Positions 50,061 through 63,825 of a DNA stretch of 64,000 nt are shown here, piece by piece. The position numbers were made by a program, and so were the translations under genes. The notes under the pieces were generated by a model that made no database searches, was not told where the DNA came from, and saw nothing but the letters and a program-made list of their open reading frames with translations. The DNA comes from Octopus sinensis (taxonomy: Eukaryota), in contig NC_043003.1 in NCBI RefSeq assembly GCF_006345805.1, positions 93,248,001 to 93,312,000 on the forward strand. The letters run 5' to 3'. How positions within the stretch are numbered: position 1 is the stretch's first letter; every line of letters starts with the position of its first letter.

Positions 50061-50679
50061 GCTTGACGTGTTTTCGCATCACAATTCTACAATAACAAAA
50101 GTGTCAAACGCATGGAATTGACTTTTACATGAGATCGACATATAGACAAATATACAATGGAAGGTAATCATGTAATTGCTTATATTCTGCCTCAAGAAAC
50201 CTTGGCTTGGCTGAATATACTATAAAGTTGAGAAATAAAACAAAAGGTTTTGTGACAGTGTGATTCTCAAAATCTGGTATGTTGTGAAGGATTGGAAAAT
50301 AATTCTAAACTCTGAAGGCACCGAATAAAAATGAATGGTGTCATAAAGTAGTTAAGTTATAATTATTGCTTGACTAATCTTCTAAGACTATGTATTCTGT
50401 TGTTCCAGTCTACTAAAACATTTAAGATTACTTAAGCATACTAATGAATAAATAAATAATGTGGGTGTAAATGTAAAAATAAAGTGGGGAAATCAACCTG
50501 ATAAAGTTTTTTTACAACTTGAAAAGCGAGATATAGAATAACTTGAAGAAATGACTCATTTATTTAGGTCAATGGTTCCCAACTTTTTCTTTGCAATCAA
50601 TAATGTTAACTTCACAGTATATTCGCTTAACCCACAATAAAAAAAATTGAAAGAGGGTGGGCGGACAGAAAAGAAACGG

Positions 50680-50718
<39 letters not shown>

Positions 50719-50914
50719 AGGAAAGAAGGAAAGAAAGAAAAAGAAGTAAAGAAAAGAAGAAAGGAAAACGAAAAACAGCTTCTGATTTAAAACGAGACAT
50801 GAATTCTTTTCGGTTGTGTATGAGAATAAAAAAAGAGCTGATATAAATTTTCTCAATTGTTATATAATGTTATAGAAACATATACTTAATACCGTTCACG
50901 TTTAGAGTTGTGTG

Positions 50915-50949
<35 letters not shown>

Positions 50950-50950
<1 letters not shown>

Positions 50951-51390
50951 CATCAACGTCATCGTTTACCTGTACTTTCCATGCTTGTATGGGTCAGGCG
51001 GAATTTTGCTGAGGCGGATTTTCTACAACCGGATGCCCTTCCTGTCGTCAACCTTCACCTGTTCCCAAGCAAAGTAATATTCCCCATAACCAGACATGTT
51101 TACACAGACGATGGGAACCGAGGGGACACCGCTTACTCGATGACCACGTTCGTTTACAACCATAACATGGAGTTAAGGCAAGGAGATAGTAACACATGCA
51201 CATACACACACAAGAGTGCATACACACGCGCGCGCGCGTACGTATACATACATACATACATACATACATACATACAACAGGCTTCCTTCAGTTTGCTACA
51301 AGCAAATCTACGTGACACATTGGGCAAATGTCACACAGTGGGACTAAACTTGAGACCACATGGTTGAGAAACCAACTTCTTACCACACAT
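50950..51390 (-). mobile_element. SINE with family A-like head and a different tail
   Basis: Head remnant at about 51275-51390; minus-strand tail acaggaagggcatccggttgtagaaa...catggaaag...gatg. Confidence 0.6.
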
Positions 51391-52384
51391 AGATATATAG
51401 CATGTGGCTATATATCTATGTCTATCTTTATGAGTATATCTGCATCTAAATCTATTTGTCTATCTATCTACACATACACACACACACTTACATGCATGTA
51501 CGTATGTATGTATGTATGTATGTATGTATGTATGTATGTATGTATGTATGTATGTATGTATGTATGTATACATATATGTATATATATCCTGCACTGTCTC
51601 TAACTCTTCCGTCGAATTTCTCGACATTACTGTCGGACATTACCACTCCGCTCTCAATACATCCATCCACTTTTGTCTCAGAAGGAAACTTTCTTGGTGC
51701 AATCCCATGGTCATTCATGATCGAAGAGGGCCTTTTATTCAACTTTATAAGCAATAAAAACCCGATTTTAGTGGAATTTAGTTGCTTTTTTTTGTGTCAG
51801 TAGATTAAAAATCACAAAGAAGTCCACACGTAGGATCATTACCGTTGATAAAAAAATAACGATTGGTGTAGCTTTTAAATACTAAGGTTCAACAATATTG
51901 ATTAAACGTCATTATCAGTAAATCTTATAAAGTGACGTTGACCTGCATCAAGTAGAGACTGCAATTGGTGTGGAAGCCTGATATACAAACAGAGTTTATC
52001 TCTTATCTACTTTCTTATTTCCAGAGATTCTTGATGATTCCTCTAATTATGTACTATCAATTATTCATGCGTTAGAATTCTCTGAACACTTATTGAAAGC
52101 TATATAATATATAAGAGTAATAGATGGGCTGAGTTGCGATATGTCTAGAATATTTACTGGATTTGAATGTGTCAATTTGAATGTGGTTCTTGAATGATGT
52201 AGTTACGGTTAATATCTTTCTTTACATCACATAACTAACTTTACTATTCTGCAATCTTGCTCACTCCGATATCTCTTTCTCTTCCTTTTCTCTTACTCCC
52301 TTTCTCCTTCTAAATTTCAATGTCACTTTCTCCATCCCCACCACTGTCTGTCTGGAACCCCCCCTTTTTTTGTTATATATATAC

Positions 52385-52517
<133 letters not shown>

Positions 52518-52721
52518 ATATATATTATATATACATGCATATATGTGTACAGGACATACAAAAAACACGTTGATCACAATAAAAAACGGAAACATAAAAA
52601 CAAAAACAAAGAAGCGAACATTTTTTTCGAACAACGAAAACAACAGAGAAACGAGACATACAACATAAAGAATATTCCCCTTCTTCAGTTGTCCCTGTTT
52701 CATCTACTCCGCGTGACGAAG

Positions 52722-52853
<132 letters not shown>

Positions 52854-52869
52854 TACACACACACAGGTA

Positions 52870-53034
52870 TAGTGAGGCAAGCAAGAAAAATAGAACTCAA
52901 AATATGAGTATATGTATACTTTTATTAATATTTAGCTGAACCAACAGAGAGACTCAAGGTCCGAGAGTTTCTTGTGTTGGTACTAAGTGCTAACGCACGA
53001 AATTCTCGGACCATGAGTTACTCTGTTGCTTCTG

Positions 53035-53037
<3 letters not shown>
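52870..53037. repeat. Small foldback related in architecture to 46732-46990, holding the 3' half of a hammerhead-like motif
   Basis: Hairpin 52933-53037; the right arm reads gtgc-taac-gcac-GAAA-ttc..gag-TT. Confidence 0.55.
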
Positions 53038-53118
<81 letters not shown>

Positions 53119-53155
53119 ATCTATCTATCTATCTATCTGTCTGTCTGTCTGCCTG

Positions 53156-53190
<35 letters not shown>

Positions 53191-53231
53191 CTCTATCTAT
53201 CTATCTATCTATCTATATATCTATCTATCTA

Positions 53232-53269
<38 letters not shown>

Positions 53270-53326
53270 TTGTCTGTCTGTCTGCCTGTCTATCTATCTG
53301 TCTATCTATCTATCTATCTATCTATC

Positions 53327-53372
<46 letters not shown>

Positions 53373-53459
53373 AATCTATCTATCTGTCTGTCTGTCTGCC
53401 TGTCTATCTATCTGTCTATTTGTCTGTCTGTCTATCTATCTATCTATCTATCTATCTAT

Positions 53460-53511
<52 letters not shown>

Positions 53512-53545
53512 GGAGAGAGAGAGAGAAAGAGAGAGAGAGAAAGAA

Positions 53546-53625
<80 letters not shown>
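53036..53625. repeat. (TCTA)n/(TCTG)n/(TA)n/(GA)n compound microsatellite
   Basis: Directly visible. Confidence 0.95.
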
Positions 53626-53627
<2 letters not shown>

Positions 53628-53843
53628 ATCTGAGTTTACCTTAGAAATTAGTTTCAAGATATACAGACATGCGATTTAACTCGAAAAACGGTGTAACACG
53701 TAGAAAATTTTTAAAAATTTATTAGCATATATTTGTTTTAATAAAGGTTTTGTACAATGCATACTTTCACTTGTATTTTATTTTATTTTCCACTTCAGCA
53801 TCGGTTTTTAGGTGTTTTTTTAAAAGTATTTTATGTTTTTAAA

Positions 53844-53963
53844 TGGTTCCGGGTTCAGTCCCACTGCGTGGCAGCTTGGGCAAGTGTCATCTGCAATAGC
53901 CTCGGGCCGACCAAAGCCTTGTGAGTGGATTTGGTAGAGGGAAACTGAAAGAAGCCTGTCGTA

Positions 53964-54017
<54 letters not shown>

Positions 54018-54248
54018 GTATGTATGTGTGTGTATGTGTTTGTGTGTCTGTGTTTGTCCGTCTAGCATTGCTTGACAACCGATGCTGGTGTATTTACGTC
54101 CCCGTTACTTAGCGGTTCGGCAAAAGAGACCGATAGAATAAGTACTGGGCTTACAAAGAATAAGTCCCGGGGTCGATTTGATCGACTAAAGGCGTTGCTC
54201 CAGCATGGCCGCAGTCAAATGACTGAAACAAGTAAAAGAGTAAAAGAG
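53844..54248 (+). mobile_element. Family A SINE, 5' truncated
   Basis: Matches 45817-46228. Confidence 0.9.
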
Positions 54249-54367
54249 TTCGCTGAGATAGACGGAAAGTCGGATATATCGAATGAAGTTGAAGTTTATT
54301 ATTTGTTTTCCATTAATTTCTTAAAGATAAAAAAGACGACCTATGTTGAGGTTATGCCAGTATATAT

Positions 54368-54550
54368 GTACGTGAGGAGGTTCCTGTCTTTCAGAAGAAG
54401 AAAATACAGGAGTATCAGTCAATTATGATTTTATTCAATGTATTTCCCACTCAGATTCACACACTTATTGCAGCGGGCCTTCTGTTTTTCCAAGCCACAT
54501 AAAAGAACTCGGAAGGATGGGCCTCCAGTCAGGCCTTTCGCGACATCCCT
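54368..54550 (-). mobile_element. Mariner 3' remnant
   Basis: GLEKQKARCNKCVNLSGKYIE* resembles the mariner C-terminal G..KL..RW.KC....G.Y.E motif. Confidence 0.55.
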
Positions 54551-54554
54551 TCGT

Positions 54555-54591
54555 ATATGCATGTATGTATGTATGTATGCATGTATGTATG

Positions 54592-54625
<34 letters not shown>

Positions 54626-54835
54626 TGTATGTGTGTATGCATGTATGTATGTATGTATATATGTATGCATGTATGTATGTATGTATGTATGTATATATGT
54701 ATGTATGTATGTATGTATGCATGCATGTATGTATGTATGTATGTGTGTGAGTGTGTATGTATGTATGTATGTATGTGTGTATGTGTGTATGTATGTATGC
54801 ATGTATGTATGTGTGTATGTATGTATGTATGTGTG

Positions 54836-54867
<32 letters not shown>

Positions 54868-55321
54868 TGTATGTGTGTGTATGTATGTATGTATGTATGT
54901 ATGTATGTATGTATGTATGTGTGCATGTATGTATGTATATATGTATGCATGTATGTATGTATGTATGTATGTATGTATGTATGTATGTATTTATGTATGT
55001 ATGTATGTGTGTAGACATGTATTTATGTATGTGTGTTTGTGTGTGTATGTATGTATGTGTGTACGTTTGTATGATTGAATGTACGTTCTTTTCTGTTTTT
55101 AATTATTTGAATTCTTCCTTTGAAAAAGGACCTGGTTTTTAACAAAGATACAAAGCTCCAACGTTGGAATGTAGAAAACGAAAACGTGGTCACATTTTAA
55201 ACCTGAGAAAAGTCTTGCATAGTTTACTGTTCCACTTACAAGCTGTATTTGTAATGTGCAAGTCAAATGGTTGATTTCTTTTTCTGAAATCCAAGCTTAT
55301 CCAAACAGTCAGTTAGGCAGT

Positions 55322-55353
<32 letters not shown>

Positions 55354-55409
55354 TGTATGTATGTATGTATGTATGTATGTATGTATGTATGTATGTATGT
55401 ATGTATGTA

Positions 55410-55457
<48 letters not shown>

Positions 55458-55470
55458 CATCCATCCATCC

Positions 55471-55513
<43 letters not shown>

Positions 55514-55514
55514 C

Positions 55515-55557
<43 letters not shown>

Positions 55558-55564
55558 ATCTATG

Positions 55565-55612
<48 letters not shown>
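54555..55612. repeat. Long (TATG)n tracts and (TCTA)n
   Basis: 54555-55070 and 55324-55612. Confidence 0.95.
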
Positions 55613-55614
<2 letters not shown>

Positions 55615-55949
55615 CTTCTTTATTTGTTCTGCAACTATTTAAATATCTACATGTCTCTGTCAACTCATCTACCTATACGTTTAAATATCAAAACCTAAAC
55701 CAACAACATGACATCTATTGTCTGTCATGTCATTTTAATCTTTACCTCTTCTTATATTGCTATAAAACCACAAACAGCTCAACGGCCCAACACCCGCCAT
55801 ATAAACATGTTGCTTGAAACACCGACACATAATATCCACCATTTATTAGTAAAACACATAAACAACAGATTAGTTTCGGATGTCTTTCAGTTGTTGGATA
55901 CTGTAAATATTCGGAGGAATACCTCGCCTGATGTACTGGACACCTTTCA

Positions 55950-56010
55950 GCAGGGGTCTACGACCACGCGCCGCGGACCAGCACCGGGCCGTAGATCATT
56001 TGGTACCGCA
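55950..56010 (+). mobile_element. hAT (MER1/Charlie-like) end
   Basis: caggggtc...gcggaccagcaccgggccgtag. Confidence 0.55.
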
Positions 56011-56053
56011 TCTCACATAAAGATAAATTTTCAAATTTTATTTCCATTTCATT

Positions 56054-56403
56054 GAATTCCGCCGAGGTCGACTTTGCCTTTCATCCTTTCGGCGTCAATT
56101 AAATAGGTACCAGTTACACACCGGGGTCGATATAATCGACTTAATCCGTCTGTCTGTCCTTGTTTGTCCTCTCTGTGTTTAGCCCCTTGTGGGTAGTAAA
56201 GAAATAGGTATTTCGTCTGTCGCTACGTTCTGAGTTCAAATTCCGCCAAGGTCGACTTTGCTTTTCATCCTTTCGGGGTCGACCTTGAAAAGATAAAGGG
56301 CAAAGTCGACCTCGGCAGCATTTGAACTCAGAACATAAAGACGGATGAAATATCGTTATGCATTTTGCCAGGTGCACTAATGATTTTGCCAGCTCACCGC
56401 CTT
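56054..56403. mobile_element. Family B dimer fragment fused to an inverted family B copy
   Basis: Junction gaaata|ggtatttc at about 56207; orientation switches at gtcgac, about 56278-56283. Confidence 0.8.
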
Positions 56404-57189
56404 ATTAAAAAAAAAAAGCATTGAAAGAAAGTCGAGAACAAGACAGTCAAACCGAACATATATCAATGTCACTAATCTTGGTGACGTTACCTCTCCCACT
56501 GACTAAAAACCACAAAGATTCGAGTACGACTCATTCTCAGAAAAGAACTCATGGGAAAATTTTAAATCAGCACAACAGGCTTTTTAAATATACGTCAATC
56601 ATATACTATGATATCACAGCAGACAATGTGTTGAACACTAGATCTATTTATTGTACCTATTTACAGTTAGGTTGACTAATCTGGACTATTGTTGAGAATA
56701 AAACTAGCTCAGCGTTGCTTAAAAGATTTAAAAACTCGTTCCATCACTCAGAAAAACCAACACTCTACCAGACAATTCATGACTGATTCCTAGCAGACTT
56801 TTTTGCTTTTTGTTGAAATACAATGCCTTTTCTCTCGATTAGATTAACATGAAATAGTAACCACTCTTTATCGCTACGTAGAAGAAGGTCACTTCACTTT
56901 TATCCTTTCAAGGTCGATAAAATAAAGTACCAGTCAAGTACTGGATCGATGTAATCGACTTGCCTACTCTCTACTAAATTGCTGGCCTTGCGTTAAAATT
57001 AGAAAAAAAATTAGAAATAATTGTTGTTATATAGAATTGACCTACTGTTAAGATATATCGCTTATACGGTATATCGTATATTGTTGTTAGGTGTTTGTTC
57101 AAATCAGCTTTGTCTTCCATCCTTTCGGGATATGTCTGTGTCTCTACCTTTCACGCAGTCGCTCTCATGTACACACCAACACGCACATG

Positions 57190-57279
<90 letters not shown>

Positions 57280-57804
57280 TATTCACTCCCCCACCCCATA
57301 TACACAAAATAAGAACCATTCAAATGCTGGAAGTCAATGGTATCGACTTACCCCTAATTTGAGGCCTTGTGCCTCAACTACAAACCGGTCTAAATAAAGA
57401 AAACATATTATTAGGGCTGGATTCAAACTTGATGAGGCCCTTAGTTATATAAAACTTAGGGAAGACTTGCCAACTAGTATAGCCAGAAGGCTGAAGCAGG
57501 GATGAAGAAGTGAAGGACTGAAAGGATGATCCTCATAGAGTGACATTTTGACGTGTATTATGCTTTGCTTTCCATGAGGGACAAGCAAACTCAATGGCTG
57601 TATCTGGCAACACGAGCACCATCTACACCATTGTTCCACTGGTCTCATAGAAACGGTCTTGTAAAAATGCCTTTTAATTATTTTGAATCCCCTGCAGATT
57701 CTGAGGTCCAAAGTTGTACGTTGTTTATCTTAAACAACGACGACTCAATCTTTCATTTTCGAGCGATGAATTATTCTATATCCTTACTTTAAAAAGAAAA
57801 CAAA

Positions 57805-58249
57805 GGATCTTTTCGGTTTGACCGGCAGTTTTTTTCTTGCGGTGTCATATGAAATTGTCACCCATAATCATGACCCTAGTATCGATCTATTGCATTTCAA
57901 TCCGTTTTAGGGTTAGAGTTAGGGTTAGTTAGGGTTAGGGTTAGGGTTAGGGGTGGGGGGAAGGGCATATTTTTTCTTCAGAAATGTAAATAAACCCAAT
58001 CTGTTTCTTAAACGAGGGACATATTCATACGGCAAAGAATGTTTTCACCTCAATAGACGTCATTGATTGGTTGAACTTGCAGAAATTGAAGAAAAACAAC
58101 AACAAATATCTTACAAACTATAGAATTTTCTCAATAAAGCCAAGAGAAAAAGATGTTTTATAAACACATTCTACCAGTATACGGAGTTTAAAAGTGTTTA
58201 GTTACGTGGAAATTATTTTTAAAAACTGCCTGTCAAACCGAAAAGATCC
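57805..58249. mobile_element. TIR MITE (445 bp) with internal (TTAGGG)n
   Basis: TIRs ggatcttttcggtttgaccggcagttttt and aaaaactgcctgtcaaaccgaaaagatcc; flanks aaacaaa on both sides; telomere-like tract at about 57907-57952. Confidence 0.88.
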
Positions 58250-58662
58250 AAACAAAAATTATACAATTTTGAGTTCTTTTGTTTAAGGTGATAAAGTAAG
58301 ATTTCAGGGATACTTAAAGCTGATATTTCTGAGGGTCTAAAAACCACAGAGGGAATTCTTTTTTGTCTCGCATAATATAAAAATTTTGCATGGATGAGGA
58401 AAAAGTGAGTTTTTATACAATTTTGGGTCAAAAACCATCCTACGCCATTAAACGAGGATTAATTTTATTGGAGCAATTTAATATTGTTATCACGTCTCTC
58501 TTTCCCTCTTTCCGCCACTTCTCTCTTTCTCCCTCTCTCTCTGTGCATGTAAAGTACTCATGTACGTTCGTATATCTCTGTGATCATGTTTGTAAGTACA
58601 CAGATTGTAATAAACGTGTTTCGTCTATGTGTATGAGGACATGCATAAATGCGTGCTTGTGT

Positions 58663-58699
<37 letters not shown>

Positions 58700-58859
58700 T
58701 GTATGTGCACACATATCTATAACACTGTATGTATTCTCACACCTCTCTCCCTTGCACACAAAGGCCTCCATATATATATATGCGCATGTGTGTGTCTGTG
58801 TAGGGTGGTTGCAAATCATAAAGACTAACCACTACTACACGTCGATATGAATACACCCC

Positions 58860-58900
<41 letters not shown>

Positions 58901-59767
58901 TATAAATTAATATTGTATAGAAAAGAAATGAGTGATGCAGTAAAGAAAATGAAATAGACCTGATAGCTGTTCGGTGAAGCGTCGCATTCTGTTTCAAAGC
59001 AAACAACTTTTTGCCCATACAAAATTTGTTTGTAGCAACAGTTGTCGACAAAAGAGAAAATCTTTAGGCGAGAAGTACAGTTTTATATAGGTCATGTCTA
59101 ACAAACCTATAGAAACACACACACACGCACGCACACGCACGCACACACACACACACATCCTCTTTCTCACACTCACACACACACATTCTCTTTCTCACAC
59201 ACACACACACACACACATTCTCTTTCTCACACTCACACACAAACACATGCATTCGCTGGAATGTACACATATACACAAACACCCACATAAATAGACACAC
59301 GTATTACCTTTCTCTGTCTCGCTCTGAATCTCTTTCTCTCTCTCTTTCTCTTTCTTTCTCACACACACACATACATTCACTCTCACGCACACCTATACGT
59401 AAACACCCGCACCCACATAAACACACACATTCATACATCACGCTCTTTCTTTGTCTTTGTCAATCTGTCTGTCTACCTTTCACACATTCACTCTTACAGA
59501 AACTCTCCTACACACACGCACATACATCACGCTCTTACTCTATATGTGTCTGTCTGTCTGTCTGTCTCACTCTCTTTCACGCAGTCGCTCTCACGCACAC
59601 ACCAACACACACGCTTTCTCTCTCCCTCTCTCATACACACACACATATTCACTTTCGTGAATACACATTCGCTTTCGTGCACACTCACAAACATTTACAC
59701 ACACACACACACACACACTGTCTCACTCTCTCCCTCCGTCCTTCATTCACTCCCTCCATCACTCCAC

Positions 59768-59801
<34 letters not shown>

Positions 59802-59935
59802 GTCTTTCTCAGTTATGTATACATAGCTACATAACCACAGACATATATAGGCTGTATACGCTACATACAAAGCATTCACACAGGTATGTATACATTTACA
59901 TAGGTGTATTTGCATGCGTGTGTGGGTGTATGGGT

Positions 59936-59987
<52 letters not shown>

Positions 59988-60840
59988 GTGTATGTGTGTG
60001 ACTTTATGGAAACTAAAGATCTTGTTAATACTCTTCTCAGAGCTTCGACTTACAAAGAAAAAAAAATGGCGGCAATCGGGAATCCAAATTGATTTGACGG
60101 CAAAATGGCTGCTGCATTAAAGCGTCGTTACGACATAACTTAGTGTTCACTTTCCCCTGACTCCTTGCTTTCTGGGTTCAAATTCCACTAGGGTCAATAA
60201 ATAAAGTACTAGTCTTGTACATTAGTGTGGTGAAATCATTAGAATGGTCGAACGAGTTTACCTTGCGGTGTTTATGCCGTTTTTTTTTTTTGCGATCTGT
60301 GTTCATATCCAGCCGTGGCCTATTTTTAGGCCATTTATAACTTTTAAGCGAAATAGCACGTCTTTAGGGCATCAAAGGAAGTGGGGACACCACAGAAATA
60401 GTAAATGGTTTACGGCACCCAAAGAAAAAATCATTTTCAACTTGCTAAAATGATATTCGAAGTGGTTTATATGATCGGAAATATAATTTCGAAATGTTCA
60501 TGGTGTCAGTGAGGATCTTATCAAAGACTTTGCAATTGAAAGAAGGAGAAAACTTTAAAAATATTAATAAAGTGAAAATATACAAAAATAAATCTTATTT
60601 TCCACCTCTGTTAGTTTTGTTAGCATTTCGAAAAATACATATTTTATGTTTTATTATTGTTTATATTTTGAATTACGTATATGTAAGGGGCACCGAAATC
60701 TTTCAAGTGCTTAGGACCTCTATGGATCTTAATCCGGCCTTGATCATATTGGAGGGTAGAGTTAGTCCATCGCCTGGTACTTGGGTGCCTTTACGAGAGC
60801 TCACTCTGTTGCAAGCATTCGGATCACCGATCCGAAGATA

Positions 60841-61058
60841 CCTCCTCCTCCTCCTCACCCCTCCTCACCCCTCCTCACCTCCTCCTCCTCCTCACCTCCT
60901 CCTCTCCTCCTCCTCCTCACCTCCTTCTCTCCTCCTCGTCTCCTCCTCCTCGTCTCCTCCTCCTCGTCTCCTCCTCCTCGTCTCCTCCTCTTCGTCTCCT
61001 CCTCCTCGTCTCCTCCTCCACGCCTCCTCCTCACCCCTTCTCTCCCCTTCCTCCTCAC
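60841..61058. repeat. (CCT)n-based polypyrimidine tract
   Basis: Directly visible. Confidence 0.9.
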
Positions 61059-61309
61059 TCGGATATCCTAGAAAGGGCCACAAACACTGATCTCCACCCA
61101 CCAGCTTGGCAATAAGAAGAAGGAAAAGAGCCACAACAAGAACGTTAATAACAACAGCAACAATGGCAACAATAACGTTAACGATGACTGAGACACCAGC
61201 AAAATGACTGGGGCATTTTAGTTTTAGTTTTATGATTCTGACATAGTACAATGCCCCACGGTGTATGCGTGTGTGTGTGTTTGGGATTTTTCTTTTATCA
61301 ATCTTATAT

Positions 61310-61519
61310 CATTTATCTTTTACTTGTTTCAGTCACTTGACTGCAGCCATGCTGGGGCATCGCCTTGAAAGGTTTTTAATCGAAGAAACTGACCCCAGGA
61401 CATATTTTTTTAAAGCCTGGTACTTATTCTATCGGCCTAACCAGTAAATTACGGGGACGTAACCACACCAACATCAGTTGTCAAGCGGTGGGGGGTGGCG
61501 AGCAAATATAGACATAAAG

Positions 61520-61569
<50 letters not shown>

Positions 61570-62063
61570 GACGGGCTTCTTTCAGTTTTCGACTACCAAA
61601 TCCACTCACAAGGCTATAGTAAAAGACACTTGCCCAAGGTGCCACGCAGTAGAACTGAACCCGGAGCCATGTGGTTGAGAATCAAGCTTCTTACTACACA
61701 GCCACGCCTGCGCCTATCTTTAACTTTTTTTCAGTCATTGGACAGCAGCCATGCTGAGGCACCGCCTTGAAGAATTCATCGAATAAATCGACTCCAGTAC
61801 CACTTTTGCCGAATTGCTAAGCAATTGGAATGTAAACAAACCAATACCGGTTGTCAAGCAGCGGTAGAGGACAAACAGAAACATAAAGACACACACGCGC
61901 GCACACAAATATATGCGTATAACAGGTTTCTTTTTCGTTTACCAAATCCACCCACAAGGTCCGGGGCTGTATTAGAAGACACTTGCCCAAGGTACCACGC
62001 AGAGTGACTGAAAGCAAGTCCCCTAGGAAACCAACCTTCTTTAGCTACACAGCCATGCCTGCG
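61310..62063 (-). mobile_element. Two tandem family A SINEs (about 61310-61713 and 61730-62063)
   Basis: Tail-microsatellite-head arrangement occurs twice. Confidence 0.8.
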
Positions 62064-62394
62064 CCATTGATAGTAATTTTTGTTTTGTCTAAGGTTTTTA
62101 TGTTATTGGTAGAACAGTTCTGGGTCAGTGTGAACGAACAGACCTACGACCTACAACCGTGGCAAACTCATCTTTTTTCACATTCAGTGTATCTTGGTTC
62201 ACTTTATCCACTATTTGCTCTAGGGGATGATTTGAAGGATATTTGACTGCTATTTTGGCTATTTCTAGCACGGCGAGCGGCTGCATAGAGGATCCATCGT
62301 TAATTATTTGTTGCTTACAACTTCTTATCCTCTTATTTAATTCTGTAAGTAACAAATTGAATGTAACTGTTCAAGGTAAGATTAAATAAAGACC

Positions 62395-62787
62395 AGGCGT
62401 GGCCGTGTGGTAAGAACCTTGCTTCTCAACCACATGGTTCTGGGTTCAGTCCCACTGCGTGACATCTTGGGCAAGTGTCTTCTACTACAGCCTCGGGCCG
62501 ATCAAAGCCTCGTGAGTGGATTTGGTAAACGGAAACTGAAAGAAGCCCGTTGTATATATGTATGTGTGTGTGTATGAGTGTGCGTGTGTCGGTATTTGTC
62601 CCCCCTTCCATCACCACTTGACGTCCGGTGTTGGTATGTTTACGTCCCCGTAATTTAGCGGTTCGGCAAAAGAGACTGATAGAATAAGTACTATGCTTAA
62701 AAATAAGTCTTGGTGTCGATTTGTTCGACTAAAACCTTTCAAGGCGGGGCTTCAGCATGGCCGCAGTCAACTGACTGGAACAAGTAA
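62395..62787 (+). mobile_element. Family A SINE
   Basis: Head, CORE-like part and tail. Confidence 0.88.
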
Positions 62788-62949
62788 TATATATAACACA
62801 CGCGGAGGCAGTAACACTACCGACGCAACCATCACCTCCAGTGGCACCACCACCGGCACCACCAGTACCAGCACCACCAGAATCAACACCATCAGCAGCA
62901 ACAACAGAGGCACCGACGGCAGCAACAACATCGACAACGACAGTTCGAT

Positions 62950-63387
62950 ATTTAAGAGATGAGGAATTATGTACATTATTTACAATTGACGGATATTTGT
63001 CCTCATCTTGTTTGTTGTTAACGTTGCGGCTGATATACCCTCCAGCCTACATCAGGTGTTTTGGGGAAATTTCGAACCTGGGTTCCCGTTCCTAAGGTAT
63101 TTTTCAATGCTGTTGTTGTTGTTGTTGTTATTACTATTATTCAGGTCACTGCCTGGAATCGAACACGGAATCTTGGGGTTAGTAGCCCGCGCTCTTAACC
63201 ACTACGCCATGTGCTCGTGGGCATAATAATAACAACAACATCGAAAAATACCTTAGGAATGAGAACCCAGGTTCGAAATTTCTCCAAGACACATGATGAA
63301 GTCTGGAGGCTATATCAGCCGAAACGCTGTGTTCACAACAAATAAGATGAGGACAAATATTCGTCGATTGTAAATAATGTAAATAAT
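62950..63387 (-). mobile_element. tRNA-headed element with hammerhead-bearing tail and an inverted tail copy
   Basis: tRNA-like head at 63141-63214 (-) with A-box tggcgtagtgg and B-box gttcgattcc. Arms 62966-63135 and 63224-63387 are inverted and each holds a decayed hammerhead. Confidence 0.78.
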
Positions 63388-63511
63388 GTATCGACAACTA
63401 CAACCGCAACAAAAGCAGCGGCAGCAACAACAGCAACAGTAATGATAACGGCGCAGCGGTAGCAGCAACAACAGCACTAGTAGGCACCACACCGACTCCA
63501 CGCATCCAAGG

Positions 63512-63825
63512 AAACACATTAGATGCGCCGGAACTTCTTTTAAGAAACGTCTTTCCAACCATAGATCCTCTTTCAGGGTCCCGAAAGGAGATATGTAACG
63601 TCGCTGGCCAGCCATATCTGGCAACAGAAAGAAAATGGAATTCCATACTCAATATCATGGATCCCCCACCGTCCGGGTTCGTACATCAATGGAACGAATC
63701 GCTGCAAGCTATGCGTAGCCGAACGCATGGAAATCGTGAAAGACTCTTACATACTAGGGACCATACTGAACTCCAAAACCTAGATTTTCGGTTCGTGCTT
63801 GCATTTCAGGAGATTCCTGTTAGTG
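63512..63825 (+). pseudogene. Penelope-like GIY-YIG endonuclease C-terminal remnant
   Basis: HIRCAGTSFKKRLSNHRSSFR, frameshift, then TSLASHIWQQKENGIPYSISW..YINGTNRCKLCVAERMEI..LNSKT*IFGSCLH. Matches the PLE YIG..FK.R..NH..SF..LS..IW..C.LC..E..LN..E....C.H pattern. Confidence 0.85.

Noticed and set aside
57907-57952. True telomere or chromosome fusion site
   Set aside because: Short tract enclosed by the TIRs of a MITE.
60494-61251. Ser/Pro-rich or Arg/Glu-rich protein ORFs
   Set aside because: Driven by the (CCT)n tract; no domain evidence.
63141-63214. Functional tRNA gene (likewise heads at about 21350, 36090, 42436 and 46515)
   Set aside because: A and B boxes are present, but acceptor-stem pairing is poor and each runs into a repeat body, so they are SINE heads.
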